A stretch of DNA of 64,000 bases from a virus: positions 1 through 64,000 of the IMG/VR virus record IMGVR_UViG_3300037483_001670; one strand, given 5' to 3'. The notes beneath the pieces were generated by a model. It saw nothing but the letters and a program-made list of their open reading frames with translations. It made no database searches and was not told where the DNA came from. A program made the position numbers and the translations under genes. Of this stretch, positions 8,052 to 17,833 are shown in pieces (the first letter of the stretch is position 1; each line of letters starts with the position of its first letter).

Positions 8052-9793
8052 TGAGCTACGCAGCGTTCGGGCTCGACATCCAGGCGAACTTCGTCGCCGC
8101 CGCGGCTGAGGCGAAGACGCAGTCTCGCAGCGTGGCCGTTGACCGTGGCGTGCCGGCCGTGGTCTTCGACGCGTTCGATGACATCGCGGTGCGGGGGGCG
8201 GACCCTCAGACGGTGCTGCGGACGCGAGGGATCGATACCGCCCGCAGCCTGCTCTCGCAAAACGCGGCGCAGTTTTCGAAGACGACCGGCGTGCCGGCAG
8301 CCGCCATCGACGCGCTCCTGGAGGGCCTCCAAAGCGGTGACATCAAGAAGACCGCGCTCGACTCGGCGGCCATCATAGGAGGCGCCCTTGGGACAGCCGC
8401 GTGCGGGCCAGCGTGCGGAATGGTCGTGTCGATGGTCGCGACAGGGCTCGTGCAGGCGGTCGACAACGTTGCCCACGTGTGGATTCTCGGCGACTGGGAT
8501 CGGGACCGGCGCGCCGAAAATGAGCGCATGTACCGCCAAAACATCCAGGCGATCCAGGAGACGAGCAAGATCGTCAAGCAGTACAACAAGCTCGAGCTCG
8601 GCATCGTCTACGCTGCCGAGCTCGGGCCGGCGCGCACGTACAACGATCTGTTGGGGCTGAAGGTCACCATTCAGGTCGAGCAAGTGGTGGCCGCTGTGAT
8701 GCAATGGTGGGTGTTCGTCAACCTGCCGCAGTCGGCGCCCCCGTGGAGTAAGGATCTCACGCCGTACAAGGGACTTCTCTACGATGGCGGTTACACGCCC
8801 GACATGGCGAAGCGGGCCGACGCGGCCAACAAAGTGGCGTCGCAGGAGAACAGCATCGTCTATGCCACGCTCGGCAACATTTCGCGTCAATCGTTCGCTG
8901 ATCAGAACGGTGGATTGCGGGTCGAGGACACGGTGCTGCTCGAGGTCCGCAAGGCGTTCGTTGATGCGGTCAAAAAGGCGGTGGACGCGAAGTACCCTGG
9001 GCTCTGGGACCGGAACAAGACCGAGTCGATGTTCTACGAGCGTCTCGAGAAGTGGGTGGTATCGGAAAATTCGGGCCAAGGCTTCCCGGGTGGCGGCACG
9101 AACCCGAGCCTCGTGCCCGCCGCGGAAAACCGAGCCAACCTGTTTTGCAGCTGGAGCGATGCGGACTTAAATCAGATCGCCGGAGCTACCGATGCCAAGG
9201 GTGGCGAGTACCGGTGCGATCGGATTTATGGCGACGCTGCCCGGCCGGCCAACCTCGCCGATTGGCAGTGGTCAACGCCCGGGTACATCCCTCCTGCATT
9301 TGCCGACAACCGCTACGGAACGCCCTGCTGGCCGAACTTCTGCGGACCGTCGAATCCGAGAGATCCGTGCTTTGGCGGCCCGGCGCTGCTCCGTGCGTGG
9401 CGCTGCCATCTGCCGCGCCACTACGACTACATCGCGACGAACGCTGGCGACCTGGCGCAGCGCTGGCTCAAGGTGGCGACGCGCGACATTTCGATCCTCA
9501 CGATTTCCGATCAGATGAGGAAGGCCGCGCAGGATGCTACGAAAGCGGCGAGCTTGGCAGCCGCCACGGCGCTGATGCAGCAGAAGCCGGCGACGACGGT
9601 CGCTGCGGTTGCGACGGTCGCTGCCGAGAAGACGATTTCGGCGCAGGTGTCGGCATGGGGGAAGATGCGCGACGCGTTCACCGGCAAGAGCCTTTCGCCG
9701 ACGCAGAAAGCGCTCGCGATCAGCGGCGTCGGACTACTCGGCGCTGCGGCAGTGTTCCTCTTCGCCCCCGCTCCCGCCGCCAAGAGCGCTTGA
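8051..9793 (+). CDS. Large membrane-anchored protein, 580 aa; putative virion protein
   Basis: MSYAAFGLD start; Cys/Trp-rich central part; C-terminal TM ALAISGVGLLGAAAVFLFAP. Confidence 0.8.
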   Translation: MSYAAFGLDIQANFVAAAAEAKTQSRSVAVDRGVPAVVFDAFDDIAVRGADPQTVLRTRGIDTARSLLSQNAAQFSKTTGVPAAAIDALLEGLQSGDIKKTALDSAAIIGGALGTAACGPACGMVVSMVATGLVQAVDNVAHVWILGDWDRDRRAENERMYRQNIQAIQETSKIVKQYNKLELGIVYAAELGPARTYNDLLGLKVTIQVEQVVAAVMQWWVFVNLPQSAPPWSKDLTPYKGLLYDGGYTPDMAKRADAANKVASQENSIVYATLGNISRQSFADQNGGLRVEDTVLLEVRKAFVDAVKKAVDAKYPGLWDRNKTESMFYERLEKWVVSENSGQGFPGGGTNPSLVPAAENRANLFCSWSDADLNQIAGATDAKGGEYRCDRIYGDAARPANLADWQWSTPGYIPPAFADNRYGTPCWPNFCGPSNPRDPCFGGPALLRAWRCHLPRHYDYIATNAGDLAQRWLKVATRDISILTISDQMRKAAQDATKAASLAAATALMQQKPATTVAAVATVAAEKTISAQVSAWGKMRDAFTGKSLSPTQKALAISGVGLLGAAAVFLFAPAPAAKSA

Positions 9794-9979
9794 GAGCTCC
9801 GCGGTGTCGTAGTCGACGCTCACGATGCGACGGGCAGCGAAGCGCTTTCCGCAGTCGTCGCAGTCGACTTCGGTGTCTTCGTTGCCCGGGCGAAAGAACT
9901 CGTCGGGATCGCCGTGGCGATGCCCGCAGTACGGGCAGACGAGCGCAGAGTTATCGTAGGTTCGTTCAGCTTTCGGCAT
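9734..9979 (-). CDS. Small zinc-ribbon protein
   Basis: CPYCGH...CDDCGKRF; converges on and overlaps the end of 8051..9793. Confidence 0.65.
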   Translation of the reverse strand: MPKAERTYDNSALVCPYCGHRHGDPDEFFRPGNEDTEVDCDDCGKRFAARRIVSVDYDTAELSSALGGGSGGEEEHCRSAE

Positions 9980-10019
9980 CGACTACTTTTGTGTCCGAGG
10001 CGACTACTTGAGTGTCCGA
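9980..10019. repeat. 19-bp tandem direct repeat CGACTACTT(TT/GA)GTGTCCGA x2
   Basis: Copies at 9980..9998 and 10001..10019, 17/19 identical, directly upstream of the minus-strand zinc-ribbon gene. Confidence 0.8.
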
Positions 10020-10025
10020 CGGTGG

Positions 10026-10106
10026 CTCCAAAGTCTCCCACGAATTGCTCCGACTTCCTCCAGCTCCCAATCCGTTCCAGACGCGCCCATCCTCCAGCTT
10101 CCACGC
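10026..10106 (-). repeat. Three orphan degenerate units of the CRISPR repeat
   Basis: Minus strand reads GCGTGGAAGCTGGAGG, GTCTGGAACGGATTGGGAGCTGGAGG and GTCGGAGCAATTCGTGGGAGACTTTGGAG; array repeat is GTCGGAACG...GTGGGAGTTGGAGG. Confidence 0.7.
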
Positions 10107-10191
10107 CTTTTCCCCCACTAGCCTGCGTGCCCCGAATTGTCACCGGACAATGCGCCAACTCGGGTGTTGACTCGCTGCACTACGTTGCTGC

Positions 10192-10845
10192 ATGCTGCAA
10201 TATGTGACAACCGACTCCACGCCACCGGCTGAACCGACCGAAGCTGTTTCGACGATCGCAGAGCCGTCCGCGACTTACGGCGGTTTCCCGGCGGATGTCT
10301 TCGTCAAAGGCGGTACGACCACGATGCGCCACGACATGATGGTGCAGGAGCAGGAGGCGGATGCGGAGCGCCGCCGCGATCTGCTCGACAAGGAGCGCCA
10401 GATTGCCTCGCTGCCGTTCGAGCAGGGAGGGGGGCGCCTCTACAACAACTACCTGACGCCGAACCCGGAAGGGCTCCCTATGGAGAAGGCGAAGGTGCTG
10501 CTCCAGTACCTCACGCCGTCCGGGGATGTCGAGTACAACAAGGGCAAGCCGCTCAAGTGCCTCGCCGACGTGCTGGTCGGTCTCGATCCGGCGATGCCGA
10601 CCGAGCTCACGCTCGTTCTCGTCTGCCCGAAGTGCGAAACAAAAATGCCGCAAGGGCAGTGTCAGATCCAGATCCGACAGTCGAACCGGCGCTGGGAGCT
10701 CGACCAGCGGACGGCCGGCGAGCTGATCGTGTTCGAGGGCAAGCCCTTTCGATCGGCGGGCACCGTGATGGAATCGGAAAAATTCACGTGCGGTCGGTGC
10801 ACGTGGACGGCGCACATCGACAAGAATAGGGTGTGGCCCGAGTAG
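10192..10845 (+). CDS. Hypothetical zinc-binding protein; start uncertain
   Basis: CPKC and CGRC pairs; typical codon usage from about 10250 onward. Confidence 0.7.
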   Translation: MLQYVTTDSTPPAEPTEAVSTIAEPSATYGGFPADVFVKGGTTTMRHDMMVQEQEADAERRRDLLDKERQIASLPFEQGGGRLYNNYLTPNPEGLPMEKAKVLLQYLTPSGDVEYNKGKPLKCLADVLVGLDPAMPTELTLVLVCPKCETKMPQGQCQIQIRQSNRRWELDQRTAGELIVFEGKPFRSAGTVMESEKFTCGRCTWTAHIDKNRVWPE

Positions 10846-10863
10846 TCGAAAGGAACGGATACG

Positions 10864-11166
10864 ATGGACATTATCGGTACAGTGATCGACGTAGCGCAAG
10901 CGAAGTACGACGAGCCGGTCGAGAAGATGAGGGTGGTCGTGGAATCCGCGATCCGAGCTGCCAAAGAGCCGGCAGAGGACGCCAGCGGCGTGCTCACGTC
11001 GGTGGCGATTCTCTACTCGAACGGCGAGCCGTACGTGAAGGCCAGCGGAGGCTCGCCCGACGAGGCGATCAAGGCGCTCGGTAAAAAGGTGCTCGCGCAG
11101 GGGGATGCCTCGGTGGCGTCGCTGAAAGAGAAGTTGGAGATCCTGCGAGGGCTGGTCGGCGGGTGA
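10864..11166 (+). CDS. Hypothetical protein
   Basis: AGGA RBS; overlaps the start of the glycosyltransferase operon. Confidence 0.7.
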   Translation: MDIIGTVIDVAQAKYDEPVEKMRVVVESAIRAAKEPAEDASGVLTSVAILYSNGEPYVKASGGSPDEAIKALGKKVLAQGDASVASLKEKLEILRGLVGG

Positions 11167-13514
11167 GCGGCAGCGGCTCGATCATGGACTACCTGGCCCA
11201 CGGCCCCGCGGAGGTCGCGGAGGGCCAGGTGGCGGCGTTCAAGCCGGGCGAGCCGGCCGAGCACGCCGAGGGCTACAAATACATGGGGCCATGGGAGACG
11301 TTCGCCGACGGCTTTTCCGAGCACTCCCGCCGGTCCGCGCGCGCCCTCTTTGCGACCGGCGTGCCGGTTCATCTTCGAAGTCTGAACCAGGACAACCTGA
11401 AGTCGGACACGCCCGAGATGCAGCCGATCGAACAGCTGCTGCGGCCGATGCTCCGCGCTTCGATTCGGCAGTATGTGGCCGAGATCTACCAGATCGTTCC
11501 GCACGACTCGCTCCTCCAATTTCTGACGACGCACCAACACTACGGTGAGAGCGAGATGCGGGTATTGAACGCGCACCGCGTCCTCTACACCGTGTGGGAG
11601 CGCGACCGAATCACGGCCGCCGCCCGGGTGGCATTGAACCGCGTCGGTCAGGCCTGGGTCGCGGCGCAGGCGACCGCGGAGATGCTCGTCGCGAACGGAG
11701 TCGATCCGAGGAAGGTTCGCGTCGTGCCGTGTCCGTTCTTCCCGGACGATCCGCATCTGGCGCTGGCTGGCCGGAAGCGGCGCAAGGGGGTTCCGCGCTT
11801 TTACCACATCGGCAAATGGGAACCGCGGAAGGCGCAGACGCAGATCATCGGCACGTTCTTGCGGGCGTTTCGTCCGGGCGAAGCGGAACTCTACTTGAAG
11901 GTCTCTCCGTTTGCCGCGAACGTCGAGCTCGAGAACTACCCGAAGACCCCCGCGATCTCGGTACATGAGTGGCTGAGGGACGAGCGGGTTCGTCAGATGG
12001 GCTGGTCGCTCGCCGACTTGAACCGCTGCATATTTCTCATCCAGAAGCGGATGCCGACAGAGGATCTCGTACGCCTCCACGCCGCTGGCGACGTGTACGT
12101 GTCGATGTCGCGCGGCGAAGGCTTCGACATGCCGGCGCAGGACGCGAAGCTTGCCGGCAACCTCATGCTCTACACGCCGAGCGGCGGCACGCAGGCCTTT
12201 GCCGGTCCGCTGGACGTGCGGATTGAGGCGACCGGGCGAGTGCCGTGTCACCCGTTCTACAAGTGGAACGAAGACGCGGGCTACATCGACTACGATCTCG
12301 ACGAAGCCGTCGTGAAGATGCGTTACGCGGCGACGCTCGTGTCGCAGCCGCAAACGAGCTCGCAGGTGGGCATGACCTGGTGCTCCGCGGCCGTCGTAGG
12401 CGCAGCGATGCGGGCCAACATGGAGGAGCTTCGGGCCGACGGGCGCAAGGTTGCGATTGCTGTCGGGGAAGAACTGCTTGCTCGGGAGGCGCAGAGCGCG
12501 CCGGCGCCACCACTCGAGTCGATCGAGCAAGGTCGGATCGTCGAAGCCGGTCCGCGCATCTTTTTTGCGACCCATGGCGCCGCGGTCGATGCCCCATATG
12601 GCGGCGCTCGGGTGAATGCGCTCCTGGCTGAGCTACTTTACCGTCACCCGCTTATCGGAGCGGTCGAGAACGTCGGGCACGACATGATCCCCGAGAAGCC
12701 GACGGACATCGCGATGGTGGAGGTCCCGACGGGAGCGCCCTACGTTCGCCGGCTCAACGCGAAAAAGGTCGTGTTGCTCCGGTACGGCGATCAGGGGCAC
12801 GGGGCCTGCGCGTACGAGCTTTTCGAGCGCGGGGTGGACGCGGTCGTGCTCGTGCCGAGCGAGTACGCTTACCGCACGCTGAGCTACCGGATCCCGTACC
12901 GGGTGGTCTGGAATGCGTTCGAGCCGCCGGACATGGTCCGAGAGGGCGGAAGCCTTGGCAAGAAGGTGCTCTACACCGGTGCCTACCGCTTCGCGAAGGA
13001 CACGCCGCTCGCTGCCCGGGTCGCTACGGAGGCGCCGGATCTGCAATTCGTGTGGCGCCGGTCCACGGACATCGGTGAGCCGCTCGCGCCGATCGCGACG
13101 CCGCCGAACGTGGAGCTGCTCGATCCGACCGCGGACCGCGATGAGCTCTGGCGGGACATCGGGTGCGTGCTCGTGACGAGCCGGTATGAGTCATTCTGTC
13201 TCATCGCCTACGAGGCGGCGTGCCGTGGGATACCGGTCGTGTTTCATGAGGAACTCGCGTCAATTCGAGAATGGGCGGGCACGGTGGACGTTGCGTCGGA
13301 CACGCTGATCCATGGCGCGCAGTCGGCCGGCGACGGGCTACGTGCCTGTCGAACTCCGGTTGAGTTCGCGAAAGCTTGTCGGGCCGCGATTGGCCAGGTG
13401 GGTGATGGGGATCGGTTTCTCCCTTGGCAGCGGGTGGCCGATCGGACGCACGCGAGGTCCCTCGCGCAGCTCGACGCGTTCGTGCGCGAATACCTGACGG
13501 AGGGATTTCTCTGA
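11163..13514 (+). CDS. Two-domain GT-B (GT4-like) glycosyltransferase, 783 aa
   Basis: FYHIGKWEPRK; DVYVSMSRGEGFDMPAQDA; second domain with LVTSRYESFCLIAYEAACRGIPVV. Confidence 0.85.
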   Translation: MSGSGSIMDYLAHGPAEVAEGQVAAFKPGEPAEHAEGYKYMGPWETFADGFSEHSRRSARALFATGVPVHLRSLNQDNLKSDTPEMQPIEQLLRPMLRASIRQYVAEIYQIVPHDSLLQFLTTHQHYGESEMRVLNAHRVLYTVWERDRITAAARVALNRVGQAWVAAQATAEMLVANGVDPRKVRVVPCPFFPDDPHLALAGRKRRKGVPRFYHIGKWEPRKAQTQIIGTFLRAFRPGEAELYLKVSPFAANVELENYPKTPAISVHEWLRDERVRQMGWSLADLNRCIFLIQKRMPTEDLVRLHAAGDVYVSMSRGEGFDMPAQDAKLAGNLMLYTPSGGTQAFAGPLDVRIEATGRVPCHPFYKWNEDAGYIDYDLDEAVVKMRYAATLVSQPQTSSQVGMTWCSAAVVGAAMRANMEELRADGRKVAIAVGEELLAREAQSAPAPPLESIEQGRIVEAGPRIFFATHGAAVDAPYGGARVNALLAELLYRHPLIGAVENVGHDMIPEKPTDIAMVEVPTGAPYVRRLNAKKVVLLRYGDQGHGACAYELFERGVDAVVLVPSEYAYRTLSYRIPYRVVWNAFEPPDMVREGGSLGKKVLYTGAYRFAKDTPLAARVATEAPDLQFVWRRSTDIGEPLAPIATPPNVELLDPTADRDELWRDIGCVLVTSRYESFCLIAYEAACRGIPVVFHEELASIREWAGTVDVASDTLIHGAQSAGDGLRACRTPVEFAKACRAAIGQVGDGDRFLPWQRVADRTHARSLAQLDAFVREYLTEGFL

Positions 13515-14404
13515 TGAGCGGGCTCTCGGTGCTCTTTGCCAGTGAGTCGTTCGACGGGACGCTCTCCATGGGGGGCTCGAAGGCGAACGGCCTTCTTTTG
13601 GCGGCTCTGCGTGGCAATCCTCTGGTGGGTGAGGTTATGACGACCAAGCCGGACATGCCGAAGACGGGGCATGACATTTTGATCGTCGAGGCGCCAACGG
13701 GCACCCCCTTCATCGAGGCTTGCGCGCCGGCATTCACGTTTGTGCTGCGCCATGGCGACACGCCGCTCGGCAATTGTGCCTACGAGCGGTTCGATCGGCC
13801 GGATACGGCGATGCTGGTGCCGTCGAACTGGGCGACGCGGTCGTTGCCTCGGGTCGCCCATTTCGTCCAGTACATGGCGCTCGAGCGTCCGCCGGGCGAG
13901 GTTCCACCGATGGGCAAAAAGGTGCTCCACGCGCGAGCCTACGACTTCATGAAGGATACGCGGATGGCGATCGAGGTGGCGCGCGAGGCACCAGAGGTCG
14001 AGTTCGTTTTCCGGTTGACGCCCGGCGCGTTCGCTGGCGATCTGCCACCGAACGTGACCGTCGAGCTGGCGACCCACGGGCCGGAGCTCTGGGAGGACAT
14101 CGGCGCGGTGCTACTCACGTCGCGCGCCGAGACGTTTTCGATGATTGCGTACGAAGCGGTGTGTCGTGGCTTGCGGGTCGTTGCGCATGCTTCGCTCGGC
14201 GTTTTGCGCGAATGGGCGGATCCGTATCCGTGCACGTACCTGGCGGATACCGCGCAGGGGCTGGCGGAGTCGTGTCGGATGGCGCTCGAGGTCAATGAGC
14301 CGGCGCGGCTCGCGGCCATCGATTGCGCGCGCGATGTGCATCTCCGCTCTTTCGAGCAGATGAACTATTGGCTCGGGCGCGCCCACATGGAGATTCGTCG
14401 ATGA
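13514..14404 (+). CDS. GT4-like glycosyltransferase
   Basis: LLTSRAETFSMIAYEAVCRGLRVV; paralogous to the C-terminal domain of the upstream gene. Confidence 0.8.
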   Translation: MSGLSVLFASESFDGTLSMGGSKANGLLLAALRGNPLVGEVMTTKPDMPKTGHDILIVEAPTGTPFIEACAPAFTFVLRHGDTPLGNCAYERFDRPDTAMLVPSNWATRSLPRVAHFVQYMALERPPGEVPPMGKKVLHARAYDFMKDTRMAIEVAREAPEVEFVFRLTPGAFAGDLPPNVTVELATHGPELWEDIGAVLLTSRAETFSMIAYEAVCRGLRVVAHASLGVLREWADPYPCTYLADTAQGLAESCRMALEVNEPARLAAIDCARDVHLRSFEQMNYWLGRAHMEIRR

Positions 14405-15519
14405 TTCCGCTCTTCAAGGTATCGATGTCGGCCGAGGCGAAGGAGCTCGTCGGCGAGGTGCTCGACTCGGGCTACATCGGCCAGGGCGCGAAGGTCGAGC
14501 AATTCGAGAAGCAGTTCGCTGAGCTCGCGGAAGCGCCCCACGAGGTACTGACCGTCAACTCGTGCACCTCGGCGATCGATCTCGCGCTCCATCTCATCGG
14601 GGTCGGCCCGGGCGACGAAGTGATCACCACGCCGATGACGTGCACGGCGTCGAACAGCGCCGTCGTGACCCGCGGATCCACACCCGTCTGGGCGGATGTG
14701 GATCCGACGACGGGCCTCATCGATCCGGCTTCGGTGCACCGGCAGCTGACGCGCAAGACGAAGGCGATCATCGCCGTCGATTGGGCGGGCGAGCCTTGTG
14801 ACTACGCTGAGCTGAAGTCGTATGGCGTACCGGTCATCGAAGACGCGGCACACGCTCTCTTGGCCACGATTGGCGGGCAGCCCATTGCCCGCGTGGGAGG
14901 GGACTATGTTGCGTGGTCGTTCCAGGCCATCAAACACCTGACGACGGGCGACGGCGGTGCGCTCCTCGCTCCGGCGCACCAGATAGAGCGGGCGCGTCTG
15001 CTTCGTTGGTACGGGCTCGATCGTAAGAGCTCGGCGAACTTCCGGTGCGAGCAAAACATCCGCGAAGTTGGCTACAAGTACCACATGAACGACATTGCGG
15101 CGGCGATTGGCCTCGCGAACCTTCCAACTGCGAAGGCCGTCGTCGATCGGCATCGGCACAACGCCGCCATCTACGCCGAAGCGTTCGAAGGGTTCGGCGG
15201 ACGCGGTCGCGCGCCGCGTGCCTCGAAGCAGAGCTCGTGGTGGCTCTACACGCTCCTCGTCGACAGCCCCCAGGTCTTCGTGTCGTTCATGAAGTCCGAA
15301 GGCATCGAAGCGTCGCCGGTGCACGCCCGCAATGACAAGCACACGGCGTTTTTGCGCGTCGCGGAGCGACGGGGCGAGACGCTGAGGGGCGTCGATCTTT
15401 TCGCGGGTCACGAGGTGGCGATTCCGGTGGGCTGGTGGATCCGGGACCACGACGTCCAGCACATCATCGCGACGGTGCGGCGTTGGTACGAGCAGCGCGC
15501 GCGGATTCGGTTCGCCTGA
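14401..15519 (+). CDS. DegT/DnrJ/EryC1/StrS PLP-dependent sugar aminotransferase
   Basis: VNSCTSAIDLAL, GPGDEVITTPMT, VIEDAAHA, SFQAIKHLTTGDGG, GYKYHMNDIAAAIG. Confidence 0.95.
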   Translation: MIPLFKVSMSAEAKELVGEVLDSGYIGQGAKVEQFEKQFAELAEAPHEVLTVNSCTSAIDLALHLIGVGPGDEVITTPMTCTASNSAVVTRGSTPVWADVDPTTGLIDPASVHRQLTRKTKAIIAVDWAGEPCDYAELKSYGVPVIEDAAHALLATIGGQPIARVGGDYVAWSFQAIKHLTTGDGGALLAPAHQIERARLLRWYGLDRKSSANFRCEQNIREVGYKYHMNDIAAAIGLANLPTAKAVVDRHRHNAAIYAEAFEGFGGRGRAPRASKQSSWWLYTLLVDSPQVFVSFMKSEGIEASPVHARNDKHTAFLRVAERRGETLRGVDLFAGHEVAIPVGWWIRDHDVQHIIATVRRWYEQRARIRFA

Positions 15520-15959
15520 TGTGGGGTCTCGTGCAAGTGGTGACGTTCGAGCAGGTCGAGCACGTGCGACAGATCCGCAACACGTGCCGTGAGTTCATGA
15601 CGCGCGACCGGAGCGAGATCTCGGAGCAGCGCCAGCTTCAGTGGTGGGTGAACCGGACCGAGTCGTTCCAGCTCTTCCTCTTCTGCTTCGGGACGCGCGA
15701 GATCGGCTACGGTATGATCCGGCAGGACCCGGCGCCCGGCCGGCAGTGGCTGTCGGGAGGGCTGGCGCCCGGGTGGAGAGGGCTAGGGCTCGGCGACGTG
15801 CTCTTTCGGCTTTTGGCGCGCATCGCGGAGCCGCCGTGCCATCTCGAGGTGCTCGTGTCGAATGAGCGCGCCCGCAAGATCTACGAGCGCATCGGGTTTA
15901 ACGAGGTGGGTCGAGAAGGAGAGGTTGTGACCATGGAGCTGAAGGAGCGAGTGCAATGA
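15519..15959 (+). CDS. GNAT acetyltransferase, likely acting on an amino sugar
   Basis: WRGLGLGDVLF acetyl-CoA loop; LEVLVSNERARKIYERIGF. Confidence 0.85.
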   Translation: MWGLVQVVTFEQVEHVRQIRNTCREFMTRDRSEISEQRQLQWWVNRTESFQLFLFCFGTREIGYGMIRQDPAPGRQWLSGGLAPGWRGLGLGDVLFRLLARIAEPPCHLEVLVSNERARKIYERIGFNEVGREGEVVTMELKERVQ

Positions 15960-16762
15960 GGCTGCATCTGGGGATCGTGACTGCCACGCCGGCGCTTCTC
16001 TACGAGGCCGTTGAGCACGCTGCGCAGCGCGCGGCGCAGCCGTTCGAGCTGACCGTGTTCGCGAACGTCAACCGCGACATCGACGTTGCGGCACTGTCGG
16101 GCCCAAAGTGTCCGAACGTCACGGTTGGCGGCTCCGACGAAAACGTGGGCTGCACGCTGGGCATGCACCACATTTGGCAGTCGATCGAGGGGACGACGCA
16201 AGTGGCGGACGACGATCTCATCGTCTACATCCACGACGACCTCAACATTCTCGAAGACGGGTGGGACGATCGGATTCGGCGGCTTTTCGAGGCCCGGCCG
16301 CAGGCGATGCTGGCCGGCTTCGGTGGAGCGCGCCAACTAGGCGCCCCCCATCTCTACCGAGTGCCGTACCAGCTCCAGGATCTGGCGCGCTTCAACTTCG
16401 CGTCGAACATGGAGAACGCCGAGGTGCACGGCCGCCGGGTCACGGCCGAGGAACGATCCGCGACGCTCGACAGCTTCACGTTGATCCTGCGCGGGCAGTT
16501 TCAGCGTGAGCTCGGAGGGTGGGACTGGTGGCCGTACCCATGCCACAACTTCGACAACGCCGTCTGCTGCGAGGCCAAGCGGCGAAGCCACGAGGTCTGG
16601 CTCATTCCGGTGAAAGTTCATCATAAAGGTGGAATGACGAGCTGCGGGCCGATCTACCAGGACTGGGCCAAGGCGAAGTTCGGCGGCGACGGGAAGGTTC
16701 ACGCCGACAGTCACGACCTGCTCTACGACCGCTACCGGGACGTCCTTCCGATCTACGTGTGA
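15956..16762 (+). CDS. GT-A (GT2-like) glycosyltransferase
   Basis: IVYIHDD DxD-like motif; FDNAVCCEAKRR..VHHKGG pattern. Confidence 0.75.
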   Translation: MRLHLGIVTATPALLYEAVEHAAQRAAQPFELTVFANVNRDIDVAALSGPKCPNVTVGGSDENVGCTLGMHHIWQSIEGTTQVADDDLIVYIHDDLNILEDGWDDRIRRLFEARPQAMLAGFGGARQLGAPHLYRVPYQLQDLARFNFASNMENAEVHGRRVTAEERSATLDSFTLILRGQFQRELGGWDWWPYPCHNFDNAVCCEAKRRSHEVWLIPVKVHHKGGMTSCGPIYQDWAKAKFGGDGKVHADSHDLLYDRYRDVLPIYV

Positions 16763-16766
16763 CACC

Positions 16767-17507
16767 ATGACACTCATTCTCGGTGTCCCAACGTTGAATC
16801 GCTACGATCTCTTGAACGAGCTCGTGGCGTCGGCGGAGCGTGGGTCGCTGAAGCCGGATCGCTACTACATCGTCGACAATGGCGGGCAGATCGACGTCAA
16901 GGTGGCCGAAGGGAAGCTCGTTCTGCCCATGAATCGGGCCATCGTGTATCAGCCGGGCAGAAACCTCGGCGTTGCCGCGAGCTGGAATTTGATTCTAAAG
17001 GAGAACTACGAGAAGCAATTCTGCGCGGAAACGGAGGCCTCAACCGATGAGGAACCAATCTACATGGCGGAAGAGCGAACGGTCATTATCGCCGGCGACG
17101 ACATTGTACTTGGGGATCGCACGCTCGAGCTGATGGTGGCGAAGGCGCGAGAATCGACGAGGCTCTTCATCTGCGCCAACGGGGCGAGCGCGTGGTCGCT
17201 GTTTCTTCAGAAGCCGGAGCTCGCGCGGAAGATCGGTTGGTACGACGAGAAGTTTTGGCCGGCGTACTACGAGGACAACGACTACCACCGGCGCATGCTG
17301 CTCGCCGGAGAGGACTACGAGGGCGCGGTGGACGCTGCGGTGACGCACAAAAGGAGCTCGACCATCGAGGCGATGTCGAAAGAGGAGCGAACCGCGTTCG
17401 ATGTCGAGTTCAACAAGAACCAGCGGTACTACGGGATCAAGTGGGGCGGACCGCCTGGGCACGAGACTCTGGCGTCGCCGGCACCGAACTCCGAGGCGGA
17501 AAGGTAG
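16767..17507 (+). CDS. GT2-like glycosyltransferase
   Basis: GVPTLNR, IVDNGG, NLGVAASWN, GWYDEKFWPAYYEDNDYHRRM. Confidence 0.85.
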   Translation: MTLILGVPTLNRYDLLNELVASAERGSLKPDRYYIVDNGGQIDVKVAEGKLVLPMNRAIVYQPGRNLGVAASWNLILKENYEKQFCAETEASTDEEPIYMAEERTVIIAGDDIVLGDRTLELMVAKARESTRLFICANGASAWSLFLQKPELARKIGWYDEKFWPAYYEDNDYHRRMLLAGEDYEGAVDAAVTHKRSSTIEAMSKEERTAFDVEFNKNQRYYGIKWGGPPGHETLASPAPNSEAER

Positions 17508-17515
17508 CGGACCAA

Positions 17516-17833
17516 ATGAGTGGACTCTGGCGCAACAGGGACGATACGCGCGAGGGTAAGTACCTCGTGGCGCGGCGCGACGGGTCGGTGCCGGAGTGGC
17601 CGTATTTCGTGCTGGGGGCGCGCGACCCGGCGGCACCTGCGGCGCTCATCGCGTACGCGGCGCAGGCTGAGCGGCTCGGGCTCGATCACGAGTATGTGAC
17701 CGACCTTCGCCAGTTAGCCGCCGAGTTCGAGCGTTTCGCGAGCGAGCATGGGTATGGCAAGCCCGACGCGCCCCCCGACCGCATCGACGACATGGAGACG
17801 GTGCAAAGGATGCGTGAAGGGACGAAGATATGA
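17516..17833 (+). CDS. Hypothetical phage protein (FVLGARDPAAP family)
   Basis: YFVLGARDPAAPAALIAYA; similar motif in 28845..29177. Confidence 0.7.
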   Translation: MSGLWRNRDDTREGKYLVARRDGSVPEWPYFVLGARDPAAPAALIAYAAQAERLGLDHEYVTDLRQLAAEFERFASEHGYGKPDAPPDRIDDMETVQRMREGTKI

